Shown piece after piece: positions 53,183-61,739 of a stretch of DNA of 64,000 nt. Positions within the stretch are counted from its first letter, which is position 1; the number at the start of each line of letters is the position of its first letter. The position numbers were made by a program, and so were the translations under genes. The notes below the pieces were generated by a model. The model saw only the letters and a program-made list of their open reading frames with translations, did no database searches and had not been told where the DNA came from. Origin of the DNA: a virus; the IMG/VR virus record IMGVR_UViG_3300032053_000043, positions 1-64,000 of that record. One strand, 5' to 3'.

Positions 53183-53207
53183 AAAGTATTAACTTTGTTG
53201 ATACTTT
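53183..53207. promoter_or_regulatory. Palindromic operator-like site
   Basis: aaagtattaac-ttt-gttgatacttt, intergenic. Confidence 0.65.
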
Positions 53208-53364
53208 CGCAAAGCGATAAGGCAAATTATGAAACAACGTCACCACGCCGCTGGCTACGTTTACCAACCCCGCAAGAGCGACGATCCCACGCGGGTCCAA
53301 TGGCTCATTGCCAAGCAACTCCGTAGAATTGCCAAGCGCGAACGCGCCAGAAAGGAAACTGAAC

Positions 53365-53550
53365 ATGAAACCAAAGTGCAAATTGACCGGCGTTGATGGA
53401 AACGTTTTCGCTATTATCGGACAAGTTCGCAGTGTACTAAGAAAGGCCGGGCAACAGGATAAGGCCGCGGAGTTCTGCAAACGTGCCTTGATGTCTGATT
53501 CCTACGACGCCGTGCTGCGACTTTGCTTCGACTACGTAGATGTTTCGTAA
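53365..53550 (+). CDS. Small phage hypothetical protein
   Basis: KLTGVDGNVFAIIGQVRSVLRKAG...SYDAVL. Confidence 0.7.
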   Translation: MKPKCKLTGVDGNVFAIIGQVRSVLRKAGQQDKAAEFCKRALMSDSYDAVLRLCFDYVDVS

Positions 53551-53578
53551 CTCGTTGAAAACAAAGGAGTTCACTCGC

Positions 53579-53607
53579 TTGACAGCTTTCGCTTTCTGTG
53601 CTACACT
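53579..53607 (+). promoter_or_regulatory. Sigma70-like promoter (extended -10)
   Basis: TTGACA-17-TACACT with TG upstream of the -10. Confidence 0.75.
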
Positions 53608-53733
53608 TCCATCATGGCGCGCGACCGGGGGCTTCCAAGTACATTCTCACAAACATCCGCTTCCTTCCCCGGTCGCAGGATGCGAGTGTCTTTAGTACTA
53701 GAGGCCCTCGGTCAGGTTTGGTAAGGAGTTTCA

Positions 53734-53967
53734 ATGAGCGCCCTTTCGCAAATAGCCGATATGCTGGAGCGTCAGAGGCTCGAACAGAGTTCCCTTCCGA
53801 AGGAATACTCGGTTCAAGTAACGCTGTTTGAATACCAAGGCCGTTGTCCAAAAGCAATTTGGACTATTTCTTCGGTGTTAGGTGGGCTTGAGGACGCCAA
53901 AGCACTCTTTGAGTGCACGAAAGATACTCTAAGAAAGCGCGCGGAAACCGTCGAAATCGACTCGTAA
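53734..53967 (+). CDS. Hypothetical protein
   Basis: TAAGGAG RBS. Confidence 0.55.
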   Translation: MSALSQIADMLERQRLEQSSLPKEYSVQVTLFEYQGRCPKAIWTISSVLGGLEDAKALFECTKDTLRKRAETVEIDS

Positions 53968-54013
53968 GAGCCTGCAAACAAAAGAGTTACTAACATGCAA
54001 AGCATGTCTGTCC

Positions 54014-54041
54014 TTGACAGGGCAGTAAAAAGTGCTATAAT
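54014..54041 (+). promoter_or_regulatory. Sigma70-like promoter (extended -10)
   Basis: TTGACA-16-TATAAT with TG upstream of the -10. Confidence 0.8.
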
Positions 54042-54097
54042 GAAATTGCAATGGGCGCACGCCGCCCAAATTCACAGAATAGTAGAGGAGAGTCCAT

Positions 54098-54562
54098 ATG
54101 CAAAGCGTTCTCGAAACGGTCTATGGAATCAAAGCCGTAGATTCCAAAGGCAAGGAGAAAATCGACGTTATCTCCGAGAAGAAGTACGAGACTCTGATGT
54201 CCGAAAGGACCGAAGGCGAACCCGAACCAGACATTTCTGCAATCCAATGCTTCAAGCGTTACCTCATCGAAACGCTGGAAGACTTCGTCAACCTTGTTCC
54301 GGATGTTGCGGAACAACTCAATATAATCAACCGTACGGTGGGTATCAAGGAGACGGACGCGATGCGCGACCTACTCCGCACCGCCGGATTCCAGGGAACC
54401 GAAAGCGTTTACGACTTGGCGCCGGCTATTGCGGCAAAGTCCGAAGGACGCAAAGCGGCATCGCCACTGGAAGCTACACTTCGTTCGGCGGGAAAGCTCT
54501 CCGGCGAAGACATTGCAAAGCTTCTGGTGCTGTTGCAGGAGAGGCTCCAGGCTACTTCGTAA
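54098..54562 (+). CDS. Hypothetical protein
   Basis: GAGGAG RBS; first gene after a strong promoter. Confidence 0.7.
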   Translation: MQSVLETVYGIKAVDSKGKEKIDVISEKKYETLMSERTEGEPEPDISAIQCFKRYLIETLEDFVNLVPDVAEQLNIINRTVGIKETDAMRDLLRTAGFQGTESVYDLAPAIAAKSEGRKAASPLEATLRSAGKLSGEDIAKLLVLLQERLQATS

Positions 54563-54571
54563 CGAAGTTCA

Positions 54572-54783
54572 GACTCCGGATGCCCCCGCCGGGTGTTCAA
54601 CTCACCTGTAAGGGCGGTCAACCAGCGGGGGACCACTCGGAGTCTGAGCAAGTTGGCGCAGAAGCTACGCTATCGTTCGGGCGTAGCTCGGCGTCCCCCG
54701 GGACCGCCGGGTGTTCAAAGGACAAGGTCTCCAGTCATCCTCCAGACCATGTCCAAAGGACATCCGGCGGTTCTTTTTGTTTC
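54572..54783 (+). ncRNA. Structured intergenic RNA ending in an intrinsic-terminator-like hairpin
   Basis: T-loop-like GGGTG-TTCAACT-CACCT; hairpin agctacgc/gcgtagct; stem accgccgggtgttc/ggacatccggcggt followed by tctttttgttt. Confidence 0.45.
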
Positions 54784-54801
54784 TAGCGAAAGGAGAAACG
54801 T

Positions 54802-55044
54802 ATGAAAGACGCGGAACGATACGCGGTAAAAGCGGGATTCATGCTGGACATTCCAGCACCTGAAGTAATCCGAATCCAAATCGCCTCCGACGGAAAAACG
54901 GTGTGGATCAACACGGAAAACGGGTGTGTTTTCAGGGCGTGTCGCATTAAGGAATTGAATTTGCAAGACGACCGCTTTGAGGACCTTCAAGGCTCCTTTG
55001 AAGCTGGTCTTGTGGCGGCGTTAGGAGAAGAGGAAACAACGTAG
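54802..55044 (+). CDS. Hypothetical protein
   Basis: AAGGAG RBS. Confidence 0.6.
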   Translation: MKDAERYAVKAGFMLDIPAPEVIRIQIASDGKTVWINTENGCVFRACRIKELNLQDDRFEDLQGSFEAGLVAALGEEETT

Positions 55045-55532
55045 TGCGCTTAACCTCAACAATCTGGTGGGACACACGTATTCAGGCTTACAGGATGCGT
55101 GCGCCTTTCGAAGCGAAACTCATTGACTTTCTTAAATCCACGATTCCATCCAGTCAGCGTAGTTGGGAGCCGAAAGTAAAGGAATGGATATTCGTCGAAT
55201 TATATTATGTTCCGATGAGATTCATGGCCGAACGCATGTGGCCCGGTTCAACGTTCGTTTCCAAAGAAGAAACCGAAGCCGCAGAGCGCACCGCTGGTGC
55301 GCAGGCGCGTTCCGCTATCAGTGGAGCTTCAAAGACAGAATTGTGGCAAAAGTTCGCAGAATTAACGGGTTGCGTTGGGGTAAGCGATGCCTCAAAGATT
55401 GGTCTTGATAAGGCAAAAGCCAAAGTCGCTTACTTACGGGCAATGATTAAATTCCATCCCGACCGTGGAGGCGACCCCGCGAAAGCGACGGAACTGAATG
55501 TAGTTTGGAAGGAGCTTGAAAAGCTTTTGTAG
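55044..55532 (+). CDS. Protein with C-terminal J-domain (HPD motif)
   Basis: AYLRAMIKFHPDRGGDPAKATELN. Confidence 0.75.
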   Translation: MRLTSTIWWDTRIQAYRMRAPFEAKLIDFLKSTIPSSQRSWEPKVKEWIFVELYYVPMRFMAERMWPGSTFVSKEETEAAERTAGAQARSAISGASKTELWQKFAELTGCVGVSDASKIGLDKAKAKVAYLRAMIKFHPDRGGDPAKATELNVVWKELEKLL

Positions 55533-55548
55533 AAAGGAGTAATCCCAC

Positions 55549-56220
55549 ATGGGAGACGCAATCGTTACAACGAAAAAAATCGGCCTCGCGCCGAAGCCCG
55601 GTTCGCTCCGCGACCGTTTAGCGAAAGCCAACGGCGCCGGCGCAAGCGAGAAGGCTTTGTACCTACTCTTAGATTGCTCTGGTAGTATGTCATCTTGCGA
55701 TGGTACCAGAGCAAGCAAGATCAACTTGCTAAAGCAAGCCGTGGACCGCCTGCTAATCGAAGCCTGCAACAAGCAAGTTCGCATAATCGCTTTCCCCGAA
55801 AGCGATAGCTGTCCCGCACCGCGTCCAGCGTTGCTGCTCAAAGCCGACGTTGATGCGTTGCAAGCCGGCGGCGGTACGCCTATGGGGCAAGCTTTGGCTA
55901 CTTTGTATGACGAAGGCGCTAACGCAGAGCGTGCTATCATTGTCTCCGACGGAGACGCCACTGACCATCCCCTTATCGTGCTACGGGACGTTCTCGAAAA
56001 AGGAAACGCCATCATAACCGACTGCGTACACATTGGTACTTCAAGTGACGGCGAAGCTTTGCTTAAAGAAATCGCTTCGCGTACCGGAGGTATCTACATA
56101 AAGTTTACAAGCGTGGAAAATTTCCGAACTTCGTTCAAATTCTTGGCTCCGCAGCATAGGGCTTTGCTCTTGGAAGCCGGAGCCGCTGCAAAGCTGGGAG
56201 CGACGGAGGTACAAACGTGA
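55549..56220 (+). CDS. von Willebrand factor A (vWA) domain protein
   Basis: MIDAS LLLDCSGSM, GGTPM, IIVSDG, LKEIASRTGG. Confidence 0.88.
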   Translation: MGDAIVTTKKIGLAPKPGSLRDRLAKANGAGASEKALYLLLDCSGSMSSCDGTRASKINLLKQAVDRLLIEACNKQVRIIAFPESDSCPAPRPALLLKADVDALQAGGGTPMGQALATLYDEGANAERAIIVSDGDATDHPLIVLRDVLEKGNAIITDCVHIGTSSDGEALLKEIASRTGGIYIKFTSVENFRTSFKFLAPQHRALLLEAGAAAKLGATEVQT

Positions 56221-56447
56221 TCCACGACGGATTTACTCACCTAAACCTTTCTAGGCAACGCAAACACCAACTGCGCTGCCTAAAGCATGGACTGTGCGAA
56301 AGGTGTAGCCGCCGCAAAAGGTTTAGGGGCACAGGATGCTGTCGGCGCTGTATGTACAAAGTTCGACTACGAACGCGTCAACGGGATGGATGCAAAAGGC
56401 AGCAGATCGGCGGACGCGGACATCCACGAACGGAGTTGAAAACATGA
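56217..56447 (+). CDS. Small basic Cys-rich protein
   Basis: GLCERC...CRRC. Confidence 0.5.
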   Translation: MIHDGFTHLNLSRQRKHQLRCLKHGLCERCSRRKRFRGTGCCRRCMYKVRLRTRQRDGCKRQQIGGRGHPRTELKT

Positions 56448-56665
56448 CTCGTTGGTCCGAAGACGAATCCAACTATTGCGCTACCTGCGGTAAGCCTGCA
56501 ATCGAACCGCGTACGATTCCCGGTCCAACTGGCCCTGGCTTTCCCGCTGGAGGTGGTCCGCCGGAAACCGAAGGCTTCGCCTGTTTAAATTGCGGAGCGG
56601 TCCTTTGTGAGGATTGTTTCATTGGAAATGACGGTTTGTGTGCTGATTGTGAGGTCGAAGAATGA
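56444..56665 (+). CDS. Small zinc-finger protein
   Basis: Four CxxC pairs. Confidence 0.55.
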   Translation: MTRWSEDESNYCATCGKPAIEPRTIPGPTGPGFPAGGGPPETEGFACLNCGAVLCEDCFIGNDGLCADCEVEE

Positions 56666-56901
56666 CTGTAGACCAAGTTCTTAACAGCAATTTGTGGACG
56701 CCAGCCGAAAAGTCTGTTGTCAAATGGCAGTTTCGCAAGTTTGGACACTTCTTCACGGCGCTCTTTGGGACAATGGCTCGCGCAGACGAAGAGAATCTAA
56801 CCAAGCTTGCGCTTGGCTTTCCGGATGAAGTCGCCGGCTTCCGTGAGTGGGCGCATGGCAACCTCGCGGAGCGTTTGCGAAAGGCAGGGTTGGAGATTTG
56901 A
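56662..56901 (+). CDS. Hypothetical phage protein
   Basis: GHFFTALFGTMARADEENLTKLALGFPDEV. Confidence 0.65.
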   Translation: MTVDQVLNSNLWTPAEKSVVKWQFRKFGHFFTALFGTMARADEENLTKLALGFPDEVAGFREWAHGNLAERLRKAGLEI

Positions 56902-57995
56902 CCCAAGAACAATTAGAAACGCTCGCGTCGCTAATCGAACGTCTGCATTCCCTTGGCGTAACTGCGAAGTTCGTGGACGTTGCCGAAGGCCCTGTAGTCA
57001 CGGTGTACCGATTCTTGCCTACAGGCAAAACGCGGGTGTCTCACCTTGAAGCTTTGAGCGCCGACTTCGCGGTAGCGACTGGTAGCGAAGCTATTGTCGT
57101 GAAACGTGTTCCCGGCGATACTGCCGTTGGCGTTTTCGTCCCGAATCGCGTGCGGGTGCCCGTACATTTCCGTGATTGCGTAGCCAAGGCTTGGGGAGTC
57201 AAGGACGAAAAAGCAGTCCCGCTTTGCCTTGGGATCGACAATTATGGAAACTTCATTGTCGAGGACCTTGCAGAGATGCCACATCTTCTTGTTGCGGGCT
57301 CGACTGGCTCGGGAAAATCTACCCTTTTAACTTCGTTAATCGCCGCAAGTGTTTACTTAGTTGATAGTTCTAGATTAGCACTAATACTTTCCGATACCAA
57401 AGGTGTGGAGTTCGCGCATTTCGCAAAAGTTCCGCATTTGCTCTTCGAGCCAGCGACAAGTCCGTACCAAACCTGCGAAAGGATGGAGTGGCTCGTAAAC
57501 GAAACGGATCGGAGGATGAAGGAATTCAAGTACGCCGGACTCCGTAACATCAAAGAATACAACGAAGGAAACCAAAAGCCATTTCCGTTTATTATCTTGA
57601 TAATCGACGAACTCGCAGATATTCTAACTGATAGGTCGAAGACCGACGACAAACTTTCCCTTGGAAAGCTCGCTGCGGCGCAGTTATCAAGAATTGTTGC
57701 GCGATCCCGTGCGGCTGGTTGTTATGTAATAGCCGCAACGCAACGACCTTCGGTAGATATTGTAGCAGGCTCAATTAAGAGTAACTTTCCCGCGAGAATT
57801 TCATTCCGCTTGCCATCGCAAATCGACAGCCGAACAGTTTTGGGGTATGGTGGCGCGGAGCACCTACTATCGCAAGGCGATATGCTATTCGTTAATCCGA
57901 ACAAGCCGGGCCTCATACGGTTGCACGCGCCTTTGGCATCTTACGTAGACGTGGAGGCTTGCGTAGAAGCTTCAGTAAGGAGTACCAATGCCTGA
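56898..57995 (+). CDS. FtsK/SpoIIIE-family ATPase (no membrane or gamma domain)
   Basis: MPHLLVAGSTGSGKST, ILIIDELADI, AATQRPSVD, IKSNFPARISF, GAEHLLSQGDML; TTG start. Confidence 0.92.
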   Translation: MTQEQLETLASLIERLHSLGVTAKFVDVAEGPVVTVYRFLPTGKTRVSHLEALSADFAVATGSEAIVVKRVPGDTAVGVFVPNRVRVPVHFRDCVAKAWGVKDEKAVPLCLGIDNYGNFIVEDLAEMPHLLVAGSTGSGKSTLLTSLIAASVYLVDSSRLALILSDTKGVEFAHFAKVPHLLFEPATSPYQTCERMEWLVNETDRRMKEFKYAGLRNIKEYNEGNQKPFPFIILIIDELADILTDRSKTDDKLSLGKLAAAQLSRIVARSRAAGCYVIAATQRPSVDIVAGSIKSNFPARISFRLPSQIDSRTVLGYGGAEHLLSQGDMLFVNPNKPGLIRLHAPLASYVDVEACVEASVRSTNA

Positions 57996-58647
57996 AGTAG
58001 ATGGATGTGAACATCTCTGTCCAGACTGCGATGCACTTTGGTATCACATCTTAGCTGAAAGGGAGCACTGCCAAATACCGCTATTAAAATGGCGTTGTCC
58101 AAGGTGTGAAAAGGCACACCAAGCAAAGTTGGTGGAAGCTTTCCATAAGATGGTTGATATGCCCACGACGAAAGCGGGCTCCTTTTATCTTTGTGGCAAG
58201 GAGCGAATGGAAGAGGAACTTCTCAATGACACCGCTCCGCAAACGTCAACCGTGTTGGTGTATCGTCCCACGACTGAAGCTCTTGGCGCCTGCGCCGAAT
58301 TTGCTCGACAATGCGAAAGTGCCGCGGGTGTTACGGAAGTGAGGAAGATTCTGGACGATTCGCGTGGAGCGGAGTCCGCGGCGAGGAACTTATGGTTGTT
58401 TCGTGGTCAGCTTACACTCATCGCAGAAGCAGAGCTTGCTCACCGCATGATGCTTCGTAGTAAGAGGTTCAGCCGGACGCTCACCGCAAAGGCGAAAGCC
58501 ATGGGCGTTCGCGTGAAGGAAAAGTCTTTAGACAAGAAGCACGCAAAAAAGTCCAAAAATTTTTCCGAAGCAGAGTTGCAAGCTTTGGCTGCGAAGTTAG
58601 CAGCGCTGGGAATCTCGCCGGAGAAGTTGAAGGAGATGCTTGGATGA
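57988..58647 (+). CDS. Hypothetical protein (N-terminal Cys cluster)
   Basis: TAAGGAG RBS. Confidence 0.6.
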   Translation: MPEVDGCEHLCPDCDALWYHILAEREHCQIPLLKWRCPRCEKAHQAKLVEAFHKMVDMPTTKAGSFYLCGKERMEEELLNDTAPQTSTVLVYRPTTEALGACAEFARQCESAAGVTEVRKILDDSRGAESAARNLWLFRGQLTLIAEAELAHRMMLRSKRFSRTLTAKAKAMGVRVKEKSLDKKHAKKSKNFSEAELQALAAKLAALGISPEKLKEMLG

Positions 58648-59027
58648 TCCAAGCCTACGGCGACACGTTCCGTTTTACCTACGCCGATGGTCGTGTTTTA
58701 GACGACATTTCCCAGGCGTCCTCCGAAGAAGTAGCAGAGCTGTTAGCAAGCTACCGTGGTCTGGTACGCAGCTTGGAGCACTCGCTAGACGAAGCTCGTA
58801 AGAGCCACGCGGCGCGAATTACTCCGTCTGGAACAGTTAAAATACGCATCGGGACCACGAGGCGAAGAGCTTCGCCAAAGATGTTGAAAACAGGGTTGGC
58901 TGCGCTTGCGGATTCTATTCTAACCGCCGACCGCGAGACGGTGGCCGCGTTAATTAAGCAGTTGTCCGGTGTTTCGCAGCCGAAAGGCGTACCACAAAAT
59001 GTCAACGACGATGATTGCCCCTTCTGA
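58644..59027 (+). CDS. Hypothetical protein
   Basis: ATGA coupling. Confidence 0.55.
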   Translation: MIQAYGDTFRFTYADGRVLDDISQASSEEVAELLASYRGLVRSLEHSLDEARKSHAARITPSGTVKIRIGTTRRRASPKMLKTGLAALADSILTADRETVAALIKQLSGVSQPKGVPQNVNDDDCPF

Positions 59028-60132
59028 GGTTGTACGGACACCGAAGGCATTATACGAAGTCCTTCCGGATGGCCGCTGGAAATTTAACATCGACCATACA
59101 ACTTTGCAATCCTTTACCACTTGTGAAAGGCTTTTCAAATTCAAACATCTCAATAACGCCCGCCGTAGAGGCGGCTTCGCCTTTAATACTACTGTAGGCA
59201 TTTGGTGGTCCGAGGTAATGTCGGAGTTTTACGAAAGTATCCATGATAATGGTAAAGTAACACTTGGCGAAGCCGTGCAAAGCGCAGTTAAATACTGGCT
59301 ACGCTATGACATGGAACGATTCAAGACAATCGCATTGGAGAAGTACCAAAAGTTTGGGGGCTCCGAGATAGGAGTTGGTTTACGCCCTAACAGCGGTTTA
59401 CACGCCGGCGCCGATACAGAACGTTACGTAAACTTACCTACTGGCGCCATCGCTATGGTCAGTGAATACTGGACGCAACGCGCTGAAGCGGATGCCAGAG
59501 ACTGGAAAATACTCGCAACTGAAAGCCATTTCGGAATCACTGATGATCTAATTCTTGCCGAAAACGAATACGTAATTGTAAATTGGACGGGGCGTATTGA
59601 CTTGGCAATTCTGGATCACCAAGGCCGGCTAATTCCGGTTGATTTTAAGACTAGAGACTACGTCGATCCCGCTGCGATTCTACTCGACTACAAGCCACAT
59701 CCGCAAACCGCTGGCTATATAGTAGCAATGAACCATCTTGCGGGTCAGCTTGGTGTACCACGGAACGTGGATCGTTGTATGTTGATTGTATGCGGACGGT
59801 TAACGCCTGCGGAGCCGCGCAAGAAAGGTAATCCAAAGAAGCCCCGCTTCGCACAAGTGTACGTTCCATATTCGCAAAGCGAACTTGCGGAGTGGCAAGA
59901 GCAGACGCTAAGGAAAGTATCGCGTATGCGCGAAGCCCTTGAAACAAACTTCTTTATTACCAAAGAAGTCTCTTGTCACAATCAATTTGGGAGCCCGTGT
60001 GAATTTAGGGAAGTTTGCAACAAGCCTCCTGAAGTCCGCGATGCGGTTCTCCGAAGGGATTATGAGGTTATACTTCCCTGGAGTCCCGCTCGTCCTGACG
60101 ATAGGAGTGTGGGAAAAGGAGAGAAACCGTGA
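58999..60132 (+). CDS. PD-(D/E)XK exonuclease (RecB/Cas4-like, probable Fe-S Cys cluster)
   Basis: CER...GRIDLAI...VDFKT...QTAGY...SCHNQFGSPCEFREVC. Confidence 0.85.
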   Translation: MSTTMIAPSEVVRTPKALYEVLPDGRWKFNIDHTTLQSFTTCERLFKFKHLNNARRRGGFAFNTTVGIWWSEVMSEFYESIHDNGKVTLGEAVQSAVKYWLRYDMERFKTIALEKYQKFGGSEIGVGLRPNSGLHAGADTERYVNLPTGAIAMVSEYWTQRAEADARDWKILATESHFGITDDLILAENEYVIVNWTGRIDLAILDHQGRLIPVDFKTRDYVDPAAILLDYKPHPQTAGYIVAMNHLAGQLGVPRNVDRCMLIVCGRLTPAEPRKKGNPKKPRFAQVYVPYSQSELAEWQEQTLRKVSRMREALETNFFITKEVSCHNQFGSPCEFREVCNKPPEVRDAVLRRDYEVILPWSPARPDDRSVGKGEKP

Positions 60133-60301
60133 TAATTTTGGTTCTCGACGCTGAAGAGCAAAAAGTTTTACTTTCGGCACTGGATTACGGCGCATGGAGT
60201 AAAGAAGTTCTACCGTATGTTCTTGCTTTACCGAAGCGCATAAAACTTGCACAAAGTTTCCTCCGGAATGGGGAGGAAAGTGTGGGGGAAGGAGACGTAC
60301 T

Positions 60302-61120
60302 GTGATCCAACCCATGGATTTGAAAAACACCAAACCGTTTGGTCAACTAACATTGGCTATCGTCGGCGCTCCCAAGAGCGGGAAGTCACGGCTTGCGTCC
60401 ACCGGGCGCAAGTCTATGCTCTTCCTTGACTACGATCTTCGCAGCGAGGCTATTGCCGGCAGGGACCAAACCTTCGCGGTTAAGATGATCGACCCACCAG
60501 CACCGGGAAACGCTACGTCCGTTCCGGACACGTTCGACATTCTATCTTCGATAGAAAAAAGCCGTAAGGTTTGCGAACTGTCTTCAGCCGCAGGCAAGCT
60601 GTTTCCGGAAGCGGATCCGTCTCTGGAACTGAAAACGCTAGTAATAGACAGCGCCGATTCGCTGGCGAAGCGTTCACTCAACTTCTTACTTTCCTCATCC
60701 GACAAAATTCGTCACTCCCTGACTGTCGGAAAGTTCACCCACTATACCCCTAACAGTTGGGTTGGCTGGGTCGCCGACGTGGGCCTTGTGGAAAGTATTG
60801 TACTTCGTTGTATTGCAACAGGACTCGATGTGATCTTCGTTCTCCACGAGGCCCCTGAAGAATCAGCGGAGTCGACCGAGGAAAGCCCAAAGTTCACCGG
60901 CCGTATTACGGTGTATCCAGTGCGCTACGGCCGTCTCTTGAAATACTTCAACGAAGTTTGGCGTATGCAGTTGGTCCCGGGGAAAGAGGGACGGTACGTA
61001 CCGCAGGTGCGTGTCTGCCAAGATTGGAATTTCAACGCTTCGACTTGCTTGCAACTTGATCCGGTTGAAAAGCCGGACATTGCAGTGATGCTTGCCAAGC
61101 AACCAACGAATGTTCGTTAA
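60302..61120 (+). CDS. AAA_24 / Sak4-like ATPase (phage recombinase)
   Basis: GAPKSGKS, LFLDYD, TLVIDS, VIFVLHE. Confidence 0.8.
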   Translation: MIQPMDLKNTKPFGQLTLAIVGAPKSGKSRLASTGRKSMLFLDYDLRSEAIAGRDQTFAVKMIDPPAPGNATSVPDTFDILSSIEKSRKVCELSSAAGKLFPEADPSLELKTLVIDSADSLAKRSLNFLLSSSDKIRHSLTVGKFTHYTPNSWVGWVADVGLVESIVLRCIATGLDVIFVLHEAPEESAESTEESPKFTGRITVYPVRYGRLLKYFNEVWRMQLVPGKEGRYVPQVRVCQDWNFNASTCLQLDPVEKPDIAVMLAKQPTNVR

Positions 61121-61164
61121 CAACCATCGCTACGGCGATGAATCAAAAAGGAGAGTAAGACCAA

Positions 61165-61671
61165 ATGGCCAAAATCAAGGTCTCAAGGGAATCCTTGGAG
61201 TTTGAAACGTATCCCCCTGGGGATTACGTTGTCCAACTACATGGTTTCAGACCGAAAAAGTCGAACGACAAGAACTCCACCAACCTACAGCCCCAACTCA
61301 AAATCGTGGGGCACCCTACGCTTGCCGGCAAACACGTCTTCTGCAACCTGAATGACGGTGCCGGATTCATTATCCGCGACTTCGTCCATTGCATGGGCTT
61401 GTTTATGGACAACGAAGTTCCGGGTCAGGAAGTCGGGGACCGGGGTCTAGAACTTCCTGGGGAGTTTGTGAATTGGGACGATGCCGATCCAAGCAAAGCT
61501 CAATATGCCGGTCCGCTTTTGGGAAGAACCGGCCGTATTGAGCTTGCTGAAACGCAGGCGCGTGACAAAAGTGGAAACGCTGTTCCGAACAAAACACGGA
61601 ACGAAGTTAAGCGTTTTTATTGCGCGGCACCGGGTTGCACGGTTCAACACAAGGAGTCGCTTATCCGTTGA
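61165..61671 (+). CDS. Phage SSB-like (DUF669-like) protein
   Basis: FETYPPGDYVV...LLGRTGRI...RNEVKRF; follows the Sak4-like ATPase. Confidence 0.6.
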   Translation: MAKIKVSRESLEFETYPPGDYVVQLHGFRPKKSNDKNSTNLQPQLKIVGHPTLAGKHVFCNLNDGAGFIIRDFVHCMGLFMDNEVPGQEVGDRGLELPGEFVNWDDADPSKAQYAGPLLGRTGRIELAETQARDKSGNAVPNKTRNEVKRFYCAAPGCTVQHKESLIR

Positions 61672-61680
61672 ACGAAGTAG

Positions 61681-61720
61681 CGCAAGCGGAGCTTTTGCAT
61701 ACTCCGCTTGCGTTCTTACT
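61681..61720 (+). terminator. Possible intrinsic terminator
   Basis: cgcaagcggag/ctccgcttgcg 11-bp stem followed by ttcttact. Confidence 0.45.
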
Positions 61721-61739
61721 AAGGCGAAAAGGAGCAACC

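Noticed and set aside
58999-60132. Cas4 acting with the RAMP/array system
   Set aside because: 52 kb away, in the other compositional half, in the standard exonuclease + Sak4 + SSB phage recombination context
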